From a virus, in the IMG/VR virus record IMGVR_UViG_3300045988_149572: a DNA stretch of 64,000 nucleotides; one strand, 5' to 3'. Positions 53,780 through 63,200 of this stretch are shown in pieces; position 1 is the stretch's first letter; each line of letters begins with the position of its first letter. Both the position numbers and the translations under genes were made by a program. The notes under the pieces were generated by a model. The model was not told where the DNA came from and did not search any database. It was given only the letters and a program-made list of their open reading frames with translations.

Positions 53780-54037
53780 ATGAGAGCAGTAATTAAGACA
53801 GCATTAGCGGTGATGGTAGCGTTATGCTCTATCTCCGCCTGCGCCCCGGAGCGGACGCAGAGCCGGGCAGAGAAGGTGTATGTGTGCCACGGCCCCAAGT
53901 CCAAGAGATACCATAAAACTCCCAACTGCAAGGGTCTCTGCCGTTGTTCCACCGACATCAGGCAGATGACAAGGCTGGAGGCGGAGGCAAAGCACTACAC
54001 CCCCTGTAGGATATGCCACAAAAAAAGGGAGGCATAA
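53780..54037 (+). CDS. lipoprotein candidate with Cys/His cluster
   Basis: MRAVIKTALAVMVALCSISAC signal. CHGPKSKRYHKTPNCKGLCRC ... PCRIC. Confidence 0.45.
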   Translation: MRAVIKTALAVMVALCSISACAPERTQSRAEKVYVCHGPKSKRYHKTPNCKGLCRCSTDIRQMTRLEAEAKHYTPCRICHKKREA

Positions 54038-54083
54038 TCTGTCTCCCTTGTCTCTGTAATACCTATACATACGCCCCCATGGG

Positions 54084-54434
54084 CTAATAACTCTCCATCC
54101 ATTCGGTGTATGCGTCACATCCGCTGAGGCAGTCAGCCACATAGCCGGAGGTGTCCTGCTCGCACAGATACTCCCATACCGCCCTCGCCTCGGTCTGTCC
54201 TTCTCCTCGGTCGTAGGCTGTGGCGAACTCCTGCCACTCAGTAGAGGACTCCACTTTCGCCCACAACAACGGCTCCTCATCCGCAACGGAATCCATTAAG
54301 CAGAAAAAGGCATTGCCGCACCAGCAGGTTTTGTCGACAACCTCGGTTGAGGCATAGACAGCGTGGGCTCCGAAGCCGCACATAAACATCGCTCCTGAGA
54401 GGAGAGCCGCTGAGATATATTGTCTTGTTGTCAT
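54084..54434 (-). CDS. secreted protein candidate
   Basis: 116 aa with an N-terminal signal-like helix. Confidence 0.45.
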   Translation of the reverse strand: MTTRQYISAALLSGAMFMCGFGAHAVYASTEVVDKTCWCGNAFFCLMDSVADEEPLLWAKVESSTEWQEFATAYDRGEGQTEARAVWEYLCEQDTSGYVADCLSGCDAYTEWMESY

Positions 54435-54448
54435 TGTCGTTGTTGTTT

Positions 54449-54772
54449 TTATTCGGTTGTCACTTTGTTTAGATCAATGTCGGGGGTGGCGGTTCGCTTC
54501 TTTCCGCTGCGTGTGGTGTAGCGTATCTTGCCTGTCTCATCGTCCACCCACTTGACAAGGGTGATCACCCCAGACTCCGCATTGCTCTTGCTCACGCTGA
54601 CTTCCTTGCTGTTCACTCCGTCGCTCACCACGATGTAGTATTTGACGTTTCCTTTTTTGGTTTCGCCCTGATGTATGCGGGGCGACTCCATCGTGATAGT
54701 CTGAGACTCTACCCATTTCGCGCTTGCGGTGGATGCCATCAGCAGTGCCACCGCCAAGAAGATTGCTTTCAT
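54449..54772 (-). CDS. secreted protein candidate
   Basis: MKAIFLAVALLMASTASA signal peptide. Confidence 0.5.
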   Translation of the reverse strand: MKAIFLAVALLMASTASAKWVESQTITMESPRIHQGETKKGNVKYYIVVSDGVNSKEVSVSKSNAESGVITLVKWVDDETGKIRYTTRSGKKRTATPDIDLNKVTTE

Positions 54773-54804
54773 AATTTGTTGTTTATTGGTTAATATTTAA
54801 GTTG

Positions 54805-54972
54805 TTAGATGTCGTTCTTTTTACTACCTTTATACTTGACGAACAAGCCGAGTGCCCAGACGGGGAAGGCTGCCGCCGCATATATTGCGGTAAGGTCTTG
54901 CGTGTCGGTCACTGCCGCCATCAAGGTGGCGGAGAATAGTGACAGGGACGCTGATGCTATAAATCGTATCAT
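54805..54972 (-). CDS. small membrane protein (55 aa)
   Basis: Below the track cutoff. Two hydrophobic stretches. Preceded by a -7 box. Confidence 0.35.
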   Translation of the reverse strand: MIRFIASASLSLFSATLMAAVTDTQDLTAIYAAAAFPVWALGLFVKYKGSKKNDI

Positions 54973-55000
54973 AGTTCTTTGATTTTTTTGAATTACGCCC

Positions 55001-55008
55001 CAAAGGTA
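55001..55008 (-). promoter_or_regulatory. Bacteroidota -7 box (TACCTTTG)
   Basis: Reverse complement of caaaggta. Confidence 0.4.
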
Positions 55009-55105
55009 ATATGTATAACTTTACTAACCAAACAAAAAGTAAAGAAAATGTATTACGTTAACATTGTTTAGTAATTGGTATACACATTACTATATATATA
55101 ATGAG

Positions 55106-55113
55106 TACCTTTG
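55106..55113 (+). promoter_or_regulatory. Bacteroidota -7 box (TACCTTTG)
   Basis: 21 nt upstream of the ATG at 55134. Confidence 0.45.
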
Positions 55114-55133
55114 CGCCATAAACATACAGATAT

Positions 55134-55439
55134 ATGGACAACCTTGACATAATATTAAAGGCGAAAGGACTGACGAAGACGGCATTGGCTGACCGCCTTG
55201 GCATCAGGAAGCAGAACCTTAACGGGCTCCTCAAAAATCCAACGCTCTCCACCATCAGGAGGATAGCGGATGCACTTGACATCAATCCGAGAGAGTTGTT
55301 TGCCGTAGGCGCGGACGAGGTGACGGCACTGATTGAGTGTGACGGAGAGTTGTACGTGGCGCATGATCTGCGTACACTCCGCCAATTGGTCGGAGATTTG
55401 GAAATCTTGAAATCTGAGAGAGATGAGGCGCAGGGGTAG
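55134..55439 (+). CDS. XRE-family HTH regulator
   Basis: KAKGLTKTALADRLGIRKQNLNGLLKN. Confidence 0.7.
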   Translation: MDNLDIILKAKGLTKTALADRLGIRKQNLNGLLKNPTLSTIRRIADALDINPRELFAVGADEVTALIECDGELYVAHDLRTLRQLVGDLEILKSERDEAQG

Positions 55440-55695
55440 ACCGTTCGGCACGGAGGTGGTCACCCCTCCGGAGGTAAGGAGAATATTCGACGAGTTGGGT
55501 ATACAGCTCCTCGCCACACGCAGAGCAAGGCATCTGTCAATAGCCGCACTCTCTGAGTTGGCAAGCGTGTCGAATATGACAGTCAGACGAGGCGAACACC
55601 CTGCGGACTATCCTCGGTATCTTGGACTCCACTCGCTCGCCAAGATATGCAACGCTCTCGGCTGTGACATCGTCATCGTGCCACGCAGGAGGTGA
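55423..55695 (+). CDS. XRE-like HTH regulator
   Basis: RHLSIAALSELASVSNMTVRRGE. Confidence 0.5.
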   Translation: MRRRGRPFGTEVVTPPEVRRIFDELGIQLLATRRARHLSIAALSELASVSNMTVRRGEHPADYPRYLGLHSLAKICNALGCDIVIVPRRR

Positions 55696-55770
55696 CGCAT
55701 TTTGGTGGGAACAAAAAAAAGAGGCTGCACTATGTGCAACCCCTTTTCGGTGCGTGGTGGTGTGGTCTTG

Positions 55771-56256
55771 CTATCTTGGGATCAAGACCAGAGAGCAGTC
55801 AAGAGCCTCGCATAGGCTTAGTATCGTATTAAGACTTGCGTTAAGGTTGCCACTTTCAATCCGTGCTATATTGGAGCGTGCAACACCGCTCTTCTCACTG
55901 AGGGCGACTTGTGACATTTCTTTGCTCGTCCTCGCTTGTTTTAGTGCCTTGCATAGGCGCATCCGTGCCTCTGCCTCCGCCTTGCGCTTGCACACCTTGT
56001 GGTAGGTGTCCTCGTTATCAATCACTATCAGTCGGTATACATCATCATCACTCCATCCGTAGTCATCCTCCCACGTAGGGTTGTATCTGGGATCGGCGAA
56101 GTCAGCATAGGCTGACTTGTCCATTTCTATGAGCGTGTATTCGTTTTTTTCCAAATCCTTCTCGTCTACATCATCAACCCACTCTATGTCGTCTATTGTG
56201 ACATATCCATATCTCGGTGTCTGCGTAAGGTAGCATACATCTGTAATTGTTGCCAT
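55771..56256 (-). CDS. acidic N-terminal domain fused to XRE HTH
   Basis: DDIEWVDDVDEKDLEK ... WEDDYGWSDDDV, then SQVALSEKSGVARSNIARIESG. Confidence 0.6.
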   Translation of the reverse strand: MATITDVCYLTQTPRYGYVTIDDIEWVDDVDEKDLEKNEYTLIEMDKSAYADFADPRYNPTWEDDYGWSDDDVYRLIVIDNEDTYHKVCKRKAEAEARMRLCKALKQARTSKEMSQVALSEKSGVARSNIARIESGNLNASLNTILSLCEALDCSLVLIPR

Positions 56257-56293
56257 TTTCTTATTCGTTTATGATTTTGTTGTTCAGTTGTTT

Positions 56294-56551
56294 TTAGAAA
56301 TGTAAATCTTCTTCTGCAATTTCTGCGATACCATTATCGTCGTAGATGTCTGCACGCTTGACAATCATTGGCTGCATATCCATACCATCACATTCCACTA
56401 CACATTCTGTGTTGTCTGTTTGGGCGAGGAGATTGATGATAGTATCTGCATAGTCGCTGCCTGTCTCATCGTTGCCAAACAGAGCTGCGATGTTCTCACG
56501 GATTTCGTCTGCTGCCCATTCTTCTTTCTTGTAGATGCTAAGTATTTTCAT
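56294..56551 (-). CDS. small highly acidic protein
   Basis: 85 aa with 21 Asp/Glu versus 6 Lys/Arg. First gene after its own promoter. Confidence 0.55.
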   Translation of the reverse strand: MKILSIYKKEEWAADEIRENIAALFGNDETGSDYADTIINLLAQTDNTECVVECDGMDMQPMIVKRADIYDDNGIAEIAEEDLHF

Positions 56552-56617
56552 AGTTTCTTGTTGCGACTTTAACGACCTGCGCGGGTCGGTTGAGTTAGTG
56601 TTTTGTTTTTATTTCTG

Positions 56618-56640
56618 CTACAAAGATAGTGTCTTTGTAG
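56618..56640. promoter_or_regulatory. perfect 9-bp inverted repeat overlapping a minus-strand -7 box
   Basis: CTACAAAGA tagtg TCTTTGTAG. The reverse complement of 56621-56628 is TATCTTTG. Confidence 0.5.
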
Positions 56641-56788
56641 CATATATGCAACACTTTATCCAACAAAATGCACAACGTTAACACTTTTTAGCAAAGATGG
56701 GTAAAAAAGAAGGTACGACAATGTGTGTCACACCTTACTATATAATATATGCACATTTTGCACACTTTGTGCAGATTTGTGCAAAACG

Positions 56789-57307
56789 CTATGTGTTGCC
56801 GAAAAACGGTGTCACCCTCCCTATGCGGTTGTGGCTGTCGGATGCTTTGACAGCGTCAGCCAACGCAGTGTCACGCTTGGCGTAGTAGTAGTCAAGTCTG
56901 TCACTGCCGATGAGCGCAAGCCATCCACACACGATTGCCAACACCATGTAGTCATGGGAGAGCACCTTTATGAGTGCCACTTGTGATGACGAGGTGTCAC
57001 CATCCATCTGCATTGCCAATGTGTACACATCCGGTGTATGCGCGATGTCGTCCGTGGTGATGTCGCCACCGATGGGTGTAGCCGTGTAGCCGTGCAGGTG
57101 CTCCGCCAACACCGCAAAGGCAGTGTCGGCAAATCGGATAGTCCTCCGTGCATTTTCGCCCTCGCAGATGTCGTTGTATATGTGCTTGACGTGTGCCGTT
57201 TCTGCGCTCGGCAGGGTGTCGGCAATCACGCTCAAAATGCTCTGTGCATCATACTCCACCTCATTGCGCATAAGCGCAATTGTCACTTGACGTTGTCCTT
57301 TTTTCAT
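56789..57307 (-). CDS. hypothetical protein (possible head-tail connector)
   Basis: 172-aa ORF. Confidence 0.4.
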   Translation of the reverse strand: MKKGQRQVTIALMRNEVEYDAQSILSVIADTLPSAETAHVKHIYNDICEGENARRTIRFADTAFAVLAEHLHGYTATPIGGDITTDDIAHTPDVYTLAMQMDGDTSSSQVALIKVLSHDYMVLAIVCGWLALIGSDRLDYYYAKRDTALADAVKASDSHNRIGRVTPFFGNT

Positions 57308-57771
57308 TTTCTTCCTGTTTTTTCCGTGTATGTAACTCTTTTCCGCGCATTTAAGTCGCTGACAATCGCTTCTGCAAGGGTAGTCCCTTGCTCGGCGTAA
57401 AATTTCGCACTCTCAGGAGCCAAACGCCCAAGATAGTCCGCCAATATGCTTGCAATGATGTATGCCATTGCGTTTGCTCTGATGTTTCTCTCGCCTTGCG
57501 GAGCAAGGTTGTCGGGGAGAGCAAGGGTGATGATGGAGCCGTCATCGCTGGCGGTGACACTATCCACCCACTCTCCACAGATGGTGACGAGTGATGTCAC
57601 AGCCGTGTCATACATCGTCGCCAAAAACTGTGCGTCATCGTCAGTGGCAAACACCTTGTCGTAGGTGCTTGCATCATCTGCACCGACACTCCTGCCACCG
57701 ACATAGACGGTCTCGGCAGACACCATCTGCAATGCCTTCAGTCTGCTTAGTTGGATTTCAATTCGTTTCAT
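57304..57771 (-). CDS. hypothetical protein (possible head-tail connector)
   Basis: 155-aa ORF, coupled to the next gene by an ATGA overlap. Confidence 0.4.
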   Translation of the reverse strand: MKRIEIQLSRLKALQMVSAETVYVGGRSVGADDASTYDKVFATDDDAQFLATMYDTAVTSLVTICGEWVDSVTASDDGSIITLALPDNLAPQGERNIRANAMAYIIASILADYLGRLAPESAKFYAEQGTTLAEAIVSDLNARKRVTYTEKTGRK

Positions 57772-57774
57772 ATT

Positions 57775-58122
57775 CTATTTCTCGCTTAAAAGTTGGATAC
57801 TCAGGTTGTTAACCAAGTTCATTATGTTGCTTTTCGCGGTCGCCGGCTCTGCTGTCGCTCGTGCATCAAGGGCGAGTTTGAGCAGCCTCACATATAAGTT
57901 GCACAAGTCCCTGTCATCCAGATTAGTAATTGCACGCTCAAAGTTTTGTTTTTGCGACCACACAAGGCTCGCCACAAAGTTGCCGATGTCGCCACCATTG
58001 GCAAAGGACTCAGCCTTGCGCTGTAGTTTCGCCTCCTCCCTTTTGCTGAGGACAGGAGCTTTGCTTGCGTCGATTGCCGCAAGACGCTCCCTCCATGCTC
58101 TCTCTCTCCGTTGTTTATCCAT
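57775..58122 (-). CDS. hypothetical protein
   Basis: 115-aa ORF, first of a three-gene leftward unit. Confidence 0.45.
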   Translation of the reverse strand: MDKQRRERAWRERLAAIDASKAPVLSKREEAKLQRKAESFANGGDIGNFVASLVWSQKQNFERAITNLDDRDLCNLYVRLLKLALDARATAEPATAKSNIMNLVNNLSIQLLSEK

Positions 58123-58145
58123 AGTTAATTTTTATTGATTATATC

Positions 58146-58153
58146 CAAAGGTA
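58146..58153 (-). promoter_or_regulatory. Bacteroidota -7 box (TACCTTTG)
   Basis: Reverse complement of caaaggta. Confidence 0.4.
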
Positions 58154-58159
58154 AGTGCT

Positions 58160-58167
58160 TAATTTTG
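58160..58167 (+). promoter_or_regulatory. Bacteroidota -7 box (TAATTTTG)
   Basis: 28 nt upstream of the ATG at 58195. Divergent from the box at 58146-58153. Confidence 0.45.
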
Positions 58168-58194
58168 AGATATTAAGATAAAAAATAATTAACT

Positions 58195-58719
58195 ATGATA
58201 GGTAGCATTATAGGAGGAGCGATGAAGCTCGGTGGGAGCATCTTTGGCGGCATCAAGGCGAGCCGAGAGGCGAAAAAACAGCAGAAAATGCTTGACGCTC
58301 AAAAGGCTGAAAATCAAGCATGGTATAATAGGCGATACAATGAGGACGGCACTCAGCGTGCAGATGCCCAACGTTTGTTGACCAACACGCAAGACTTGTT
58401 GCGCAGACAGACAAAGGCGGCACAGGGAGCCAATGCGGTGACGGGCGCAAGCACGGAGGCTGTGGCGGCGCAAAAGGCGGCGAACAATCAAGCACTTGCC
58501 GAAGCGACAAGCACCATTGCCGCTGCATCTGATGCTCGCAAGGACAATATCGAGCAGCAGTATCAAACCAACAACAACGCTTTGGCGGACAAGCAAATGC
58601 AAATCAGCCGACAGAAACAAAACGCTATCACGCAGGCAGTGCAGGGCGTGGCAGGTACGGCTGATAGCATAGGCGGCATCAATGACAGATTTGACAAGGA
58701 CAACGACAAGACGAAGTGA
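58195..58719 (+). CDS. internal virion / ejection protein candidate
   Basis: 174 aa. Gly-rich N-terminus MIGSIIGGAMKLGGSIFGG, then a Q/A/N-rich helical region. Leads the operon that contains the giant protein. Confidence 0.4.
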   Translation: MIGSIIGGAMKLGGSIFGGIKASREAKKQQKMLDAQKAENQAWYNRRYNEDGTQRADAQRLLTNTQDLLRRQTKAAQGANAVTGASTEAVAAQKAANNQALAEATSTIAAASDARKDNIEQQYQTNNNALADKQMQISRQKQNAITQAVQGVAGTADSIGGINDRFDKDNDKTK

Positions 58720-58720
58720 T

Positions 58721-60202
58721 ATGGATAAAAAAAAAGACATCATAGGGGGTAGCGAAGCCCCCGTAATCACCGACAAAAAAGTGACTACGACTCCACCGAC
58801 AACGTCAATTGGCGCGACTACTCCATCGCAGAGCGAGGACGGGTACAACGAGAATCCGCAGACACCGCCGCAGACGATGCCTGCTCAACCGCAACCTACT
58901 CAGGTTGCTCCGACCGCTCCATCACTCGCTGCCCAGCCGCAAGGAGAGGAGTATAATGATAGACCGCAAGCACCACCTACTACGCCTGCCCCGGCTGTCA
59001 CGACAACGGCTCCGCAGTACGATGACACCGACAGGCGCAACCAAGCAAACTTGGCAGCACAGACGACCACAGCTCCGGCTGCCAATGAAAATATGATATT
59101 GCAGTTTGACGAGACTGGCAAGCCTACCCTTGTCAAAACGGATGTTGCAACGCCGAAAATAACCCCAAAAACGACCGATACGGCTCCTTCGACCGATGCT
59201 ACACCATCAACGGAAGGTGAGGAGTTCCGCTCTTATAGAGATATCCTCGCCAAGTACGCACCTCTAACGAGTGACGAGGAGAAAAAGAAGCAGATGCGGC
59301 GCGAGAAGCGGAATGCCATCATCGGTGCTCTCGGTGATGGATTGTCGGCGTTGTCCAACCTCTACTTTACCACCAAGGGAGCCCCCGACCAAGGCCTTAA
59401 GCCAGGGTTGACCGAGTCCGCAAAAAAGCGGATGGATGATCTACGTGCGCAATGGCAGAAGGAGAAGGACAAATATCAAGACCTTATGCTAAAAGGTCTT
59501 GAGATGGATAGAGAGCAGGGCAATTGGCTGAAATCATACGAGTTGCAGAAAAATGAGGAGGAGCGCAAGCAGAAGACGTTTGAGCAAGAATTGCCGTTGC
59601 TCGAGAAAAAGGTGCAAGCCGCTGAAGAAGAGTTGAAAAAACTTATCCGCGAGAACAACATTGGCGATGATACGTGGCAGCAGAGTGTGGAGGTCAAAAA
59701 GCAAGAACTGGCTTGGAAAAAATACGAGCTTGAATTTATGAAATCGCACAAAGGGTACAGCCCTAAAGAGTGGGAGGAACACTTGGCTACCGAGCGTTAC
59801 CGCAGCCGCACGTTGTCAAACAAGGGCGGCAAAAGCGGCAAGAGCGGCAAAGAAAAAAGTGGCGGTAACATCATTATGTCAACACAGAGTGGATACGCCT
59901 ACAATCCTACGGATGCACAGGTAAGACAAGCATACAGATGGTTGCAGTCCCGGCATTTTGTATCTGGCAATGCAAAAAGCATAAGCGAGATGGTCGCGGA
60001 ATTGCAAAATTACTACACTGTATCAGGGGAAAACAGAAATATATACGATGGCGCAAGTATTGAAAAAAGCAGACTTGACGATATTAAAGGAGGACCCCGT
60101 GTGGATGCGATGTTGGGAGGTAAGACGAGAGGAGATGGAAGCACTACGATAGACGCTGCTATTGGTGGCGGTAGTGGCGCTTTGTTGGATGGACTTTTAT
60201 AA
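58721..60202 (+). CDS. Pro/Thr-rich then coiled-coil protein (internal virion protein candidate)
   Basis: 493 aa from ATG 58721 (the track start at 58682 overlaps the previous gene). Long PT-rich low-complexity N-terminal half. Confidence 0.5.
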   Translation: MDKKKDIIGGSEAPVITDKKVTTTPPTTSIGATTPSQSEDGYNENPQTPPQTMPAQPQPTQVAPTAPSLAAQPQGEEYNDRPQAPPTTPAPAVTTTAPQYDDTDRRNQANLAAQTTTAPAANENMILQFDETGKPTLVKTDVATPKITPKTTDTAPSTDATPSTEGEEFRSYRDILAKYAPLTSDEEKKKQMRREKRNAIIGALGDGLSALSNLYFTTKGAPDQGLKPGLTESAKKRMDDLRAQWQKEKDKYQDLMLKGLEMDREQGNWLKSYELQKNEEERKQKTFEQELPLLEKKVQAAEEELKKLIRENNIGDDTWQQSVEVKKQELAWKKYELEFMKSHKGYSPKEWEEHLATERYRSRTLSNKGGKSGKSGKEKSGGNIIMSTQSGYAYNPTDAQVRQAYRWLQSRHFVSGNAKSISEMVAELQNYYTVSGENRNIYDGASIEKSRLDDIKGGPRVDAMLGGKTRGDGSTTIDAAIGGGSGALLDGLL

Positions 60203-60214
60203 AATCATTTTAAA

Positions 60215-63200
60215 ATGGCTGATTTAAACAAAATATACAACGCACTGCGAGAAAAAGGTGTAGTGACAAAAAGTTACGAAGAATTTGCCAATGCAATGGC
60301 AGATGGCAATAAGCGTAAAAATGTGTACAATGCGCTTGCACAGCAAGGCTTGATTACAAAAAGCTACAAACAATTCAGTGATGCCGTAGCACCATCTCAT
60401 GCTCCACAGACCACGCAAAGCACAAGCACTGCTCCACGAAACAACGACTGGGTGAAACAAGGACTTAGTGTGCTTAAAGGTGTACCAAGTATGCCGACTC
60501 CTAACATACCGTCATATAGACCGACACCCCTAAAGCCGTCCGAACAGAATTTTGACGAGATTATAGCAAACGGATTCGTTTATAAAGACGACAATACATA
60601 CAATTCTGTTGTTTCTGGTCTTGACGAGCGCATAAAACAAGCTCAACAGCAATACGATGCGTTGCTTAAACAGCATTCCCAAAACGTAAAAAAAGGAAGA
60701 AAGGAAGCGTCTTTTTGGGAGAGGCTTGGTGCTATGCCTGATGTTGACGATGTGCCGACAAAGACATCGGACGATGTGCTGACACCTGAGAGCGACCAGC
60801 TGAGAGCAGCTCGTGAGACATTGCACCGCTTGCAAAACACAAGAGTACAGCTCGAAAGAGGACGAGAGTCCAAGACACAAGGAGAGGAGTTGGACAAACG
60901 GAAAAAGAATGGATCAGGCTTGCTTGAGCGGGCTGCATACAAGACCGCTATCAGTCTTGAGAACTTCGGGAAAGGCTTTATGGATGCCTTGCGTGGAAGT
61001 GATATGTGGGCAACAAACGATGCCGCAAACGACTTGATGGCGGTTAAAAACATTGTGCATAAGGTTGATAAATGGAATGCGCTTACAGATAAAGAGAAAA
61101 GCGCAATGACAAGTGACGACCTGTTGAAGGTTAAACCGACTGACGAGGAACTCGAAATATTGAACAACTATGCGCTTGCCTACAACGTGAATGCACAAGC
61201 GCAAGACCCCATAAGTAGCAACTGGTCATATAAGGCAGGAGGAGTGTCGGCAAACAGCGCGTTGTTCGGAATAGAAATGGCAGCATCTGGAGGTATGAAT
61301 GTGTCAAGTTCAGCCGGGCGAGCCATAGAAAAAGGCGCATTGAAACTATCACAGAAGGCGGTGAAGAATGGGTTAGAGAAGTTGGTCGGCAAAACTTTTG
61401 AGAAATCGTTGGCAAGGAAAATAGCAGGTGGTGTAGGTCAACTTCCGGTGCAATTCGGAATGGGAGCGTTGGAGTCAACGGTTTTGCAGAACGGACTCAC
61501 AGAGCGCAAGGCGCAAGAATACGAGATAGGCACTCCGTTGATGTCTATGGATGAGAATGGAGCGCTGAGATACTCAGGATCATTAGGTAAATTGGACGCC
61601 AAAGGCGCCCATAACAGAGCGTTGGTTGAGCAAACGATTGAGAACCAAACGGAGATGCTCGGCGGGCAGATTGGAGAGGTGCTTGGTGGATTGACGAAGG
61701 TTGGTGTTAAAGTTCTAAACAAAATGAAGTTAGGCGAAAACATAACCAAACTGATGACCGATGTATCATCAAACCAATTCAACCGAATAATGAATAATGC
61801 GTTGAACACGGCTGGATACAACGGATTTTTGGGGGAGTATCTTGAAGAACACGCAGGAGATGTTGAGCAAGCCTTGTTCTTGGGTACAATGACATTTGAC
61901 ACAGACCCAGAAACAGGTATCTACAATAAAGAGCATATCCTTGAAACCATGAGTGGACTTGCGCCAATGATGGGCGGACACATGGTTATGGAAGGAACCT
62001 CATACGGAGCGTCAAGAGCAAGAATGGCGATGATGTTAAGTATGGCGGAACGTAAAGGCAGCAAACTTTTTGGAGACGAGAGATGGGCGCAAGTAAAGCA
62101 GTCTCTTGGCGGACTTGATAACCAACAATTTGCGGATAAGTTGTCGTCTATGCTTCAGGACAAGACATTGAGCGACAAGCAAAAGAAAGCGGTATATAAT
62201 TACGCATTCTACGAAAAAGCACGGCAGGGATTCGAATTAATGTCTTTGAAGCAAGATATGGAAGGAGCTGTTTCTCTTATTGACAAAAATTCAAGAACCA
62301 ACTTTGTCATAGGATATAAGAAAGGCGGACAAGCAGCCGGTGAATTGTTGACAAACTTACAGAAGGCGCAACGCAATTTACGGGTAAGGCTTGGTGATTA
62401 TGGATATAGACAATTGTTTGAAGAAAACGGTGATGATTTCAACAAGGCTTATAACAGCGGAATGTTGGATACAGACCAGAAGAAACAAGCGTATTTGGAT
62501 TATGTCAACGCTTTGAGTTGCTATCAAGGAGCGTTGCAACGACTCCACAATGACAAAAAATCCGAACTTGTTAACGCAAAAACCGATGTTGACAACATTA
62601 TGGATGAGCAAGGAAATATTGTCAGTGCTACTACAACCGATGGTAAAAAAGTCAATATTGTTAATGGTAATGTTGTTCTTAATGAGGATGGCTCTGTTAA
62701 CGTAGAGAAGTCCGGTTCTCTCGTTGTTGTTGATTCCGACGGGAAACGGAAGATGATTTCGGCAAGCGAGGTTGCAAGCGTAGATAGTGTCACAAAGGCT
62801 TCGGATGTGCTTGCGCAGAAGAACAAAGAGATAGTAGACAAATATGCGACTGAAGAGATGTCGCAAAAGATTCAAGTCGGTGCGCAATTGCCAATCTTGA
62901 CACCCAACGGTTCTGTAATAGCTACCATTGTAAGTGTTAATGAGGATGGTTCTGTTTCATTCAAAATGGGCGATTCTGAGAATATAATAACGACAGATGC
63001 TTATAATCTGTATGTGATGAATCTAAACGCCGAGGTTAGCAGTGCCTTGCGCGAAGATGATGATGCAGAGCAAAGCACTGAGAGCGTACCGGAGGTCGCC
63101 ACAGAGGGAGAGCGTCCATTGACAGATGTTCCGTCACCCGCGGAGGAGAGCAGAGAGTATGCGCAAGGAGACGTGTTTGATGTCGTGGTGGACGGCAATA

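Noticed and set aside
58189-58848. 219-aa minus-strand ORF.
   Set aside because: It is antisense to the two plus-strand genes, which are promoter-proximal and contiguous with the giant-protein operon. Its composition is Cys/Leu/Ser/Arg-rich.
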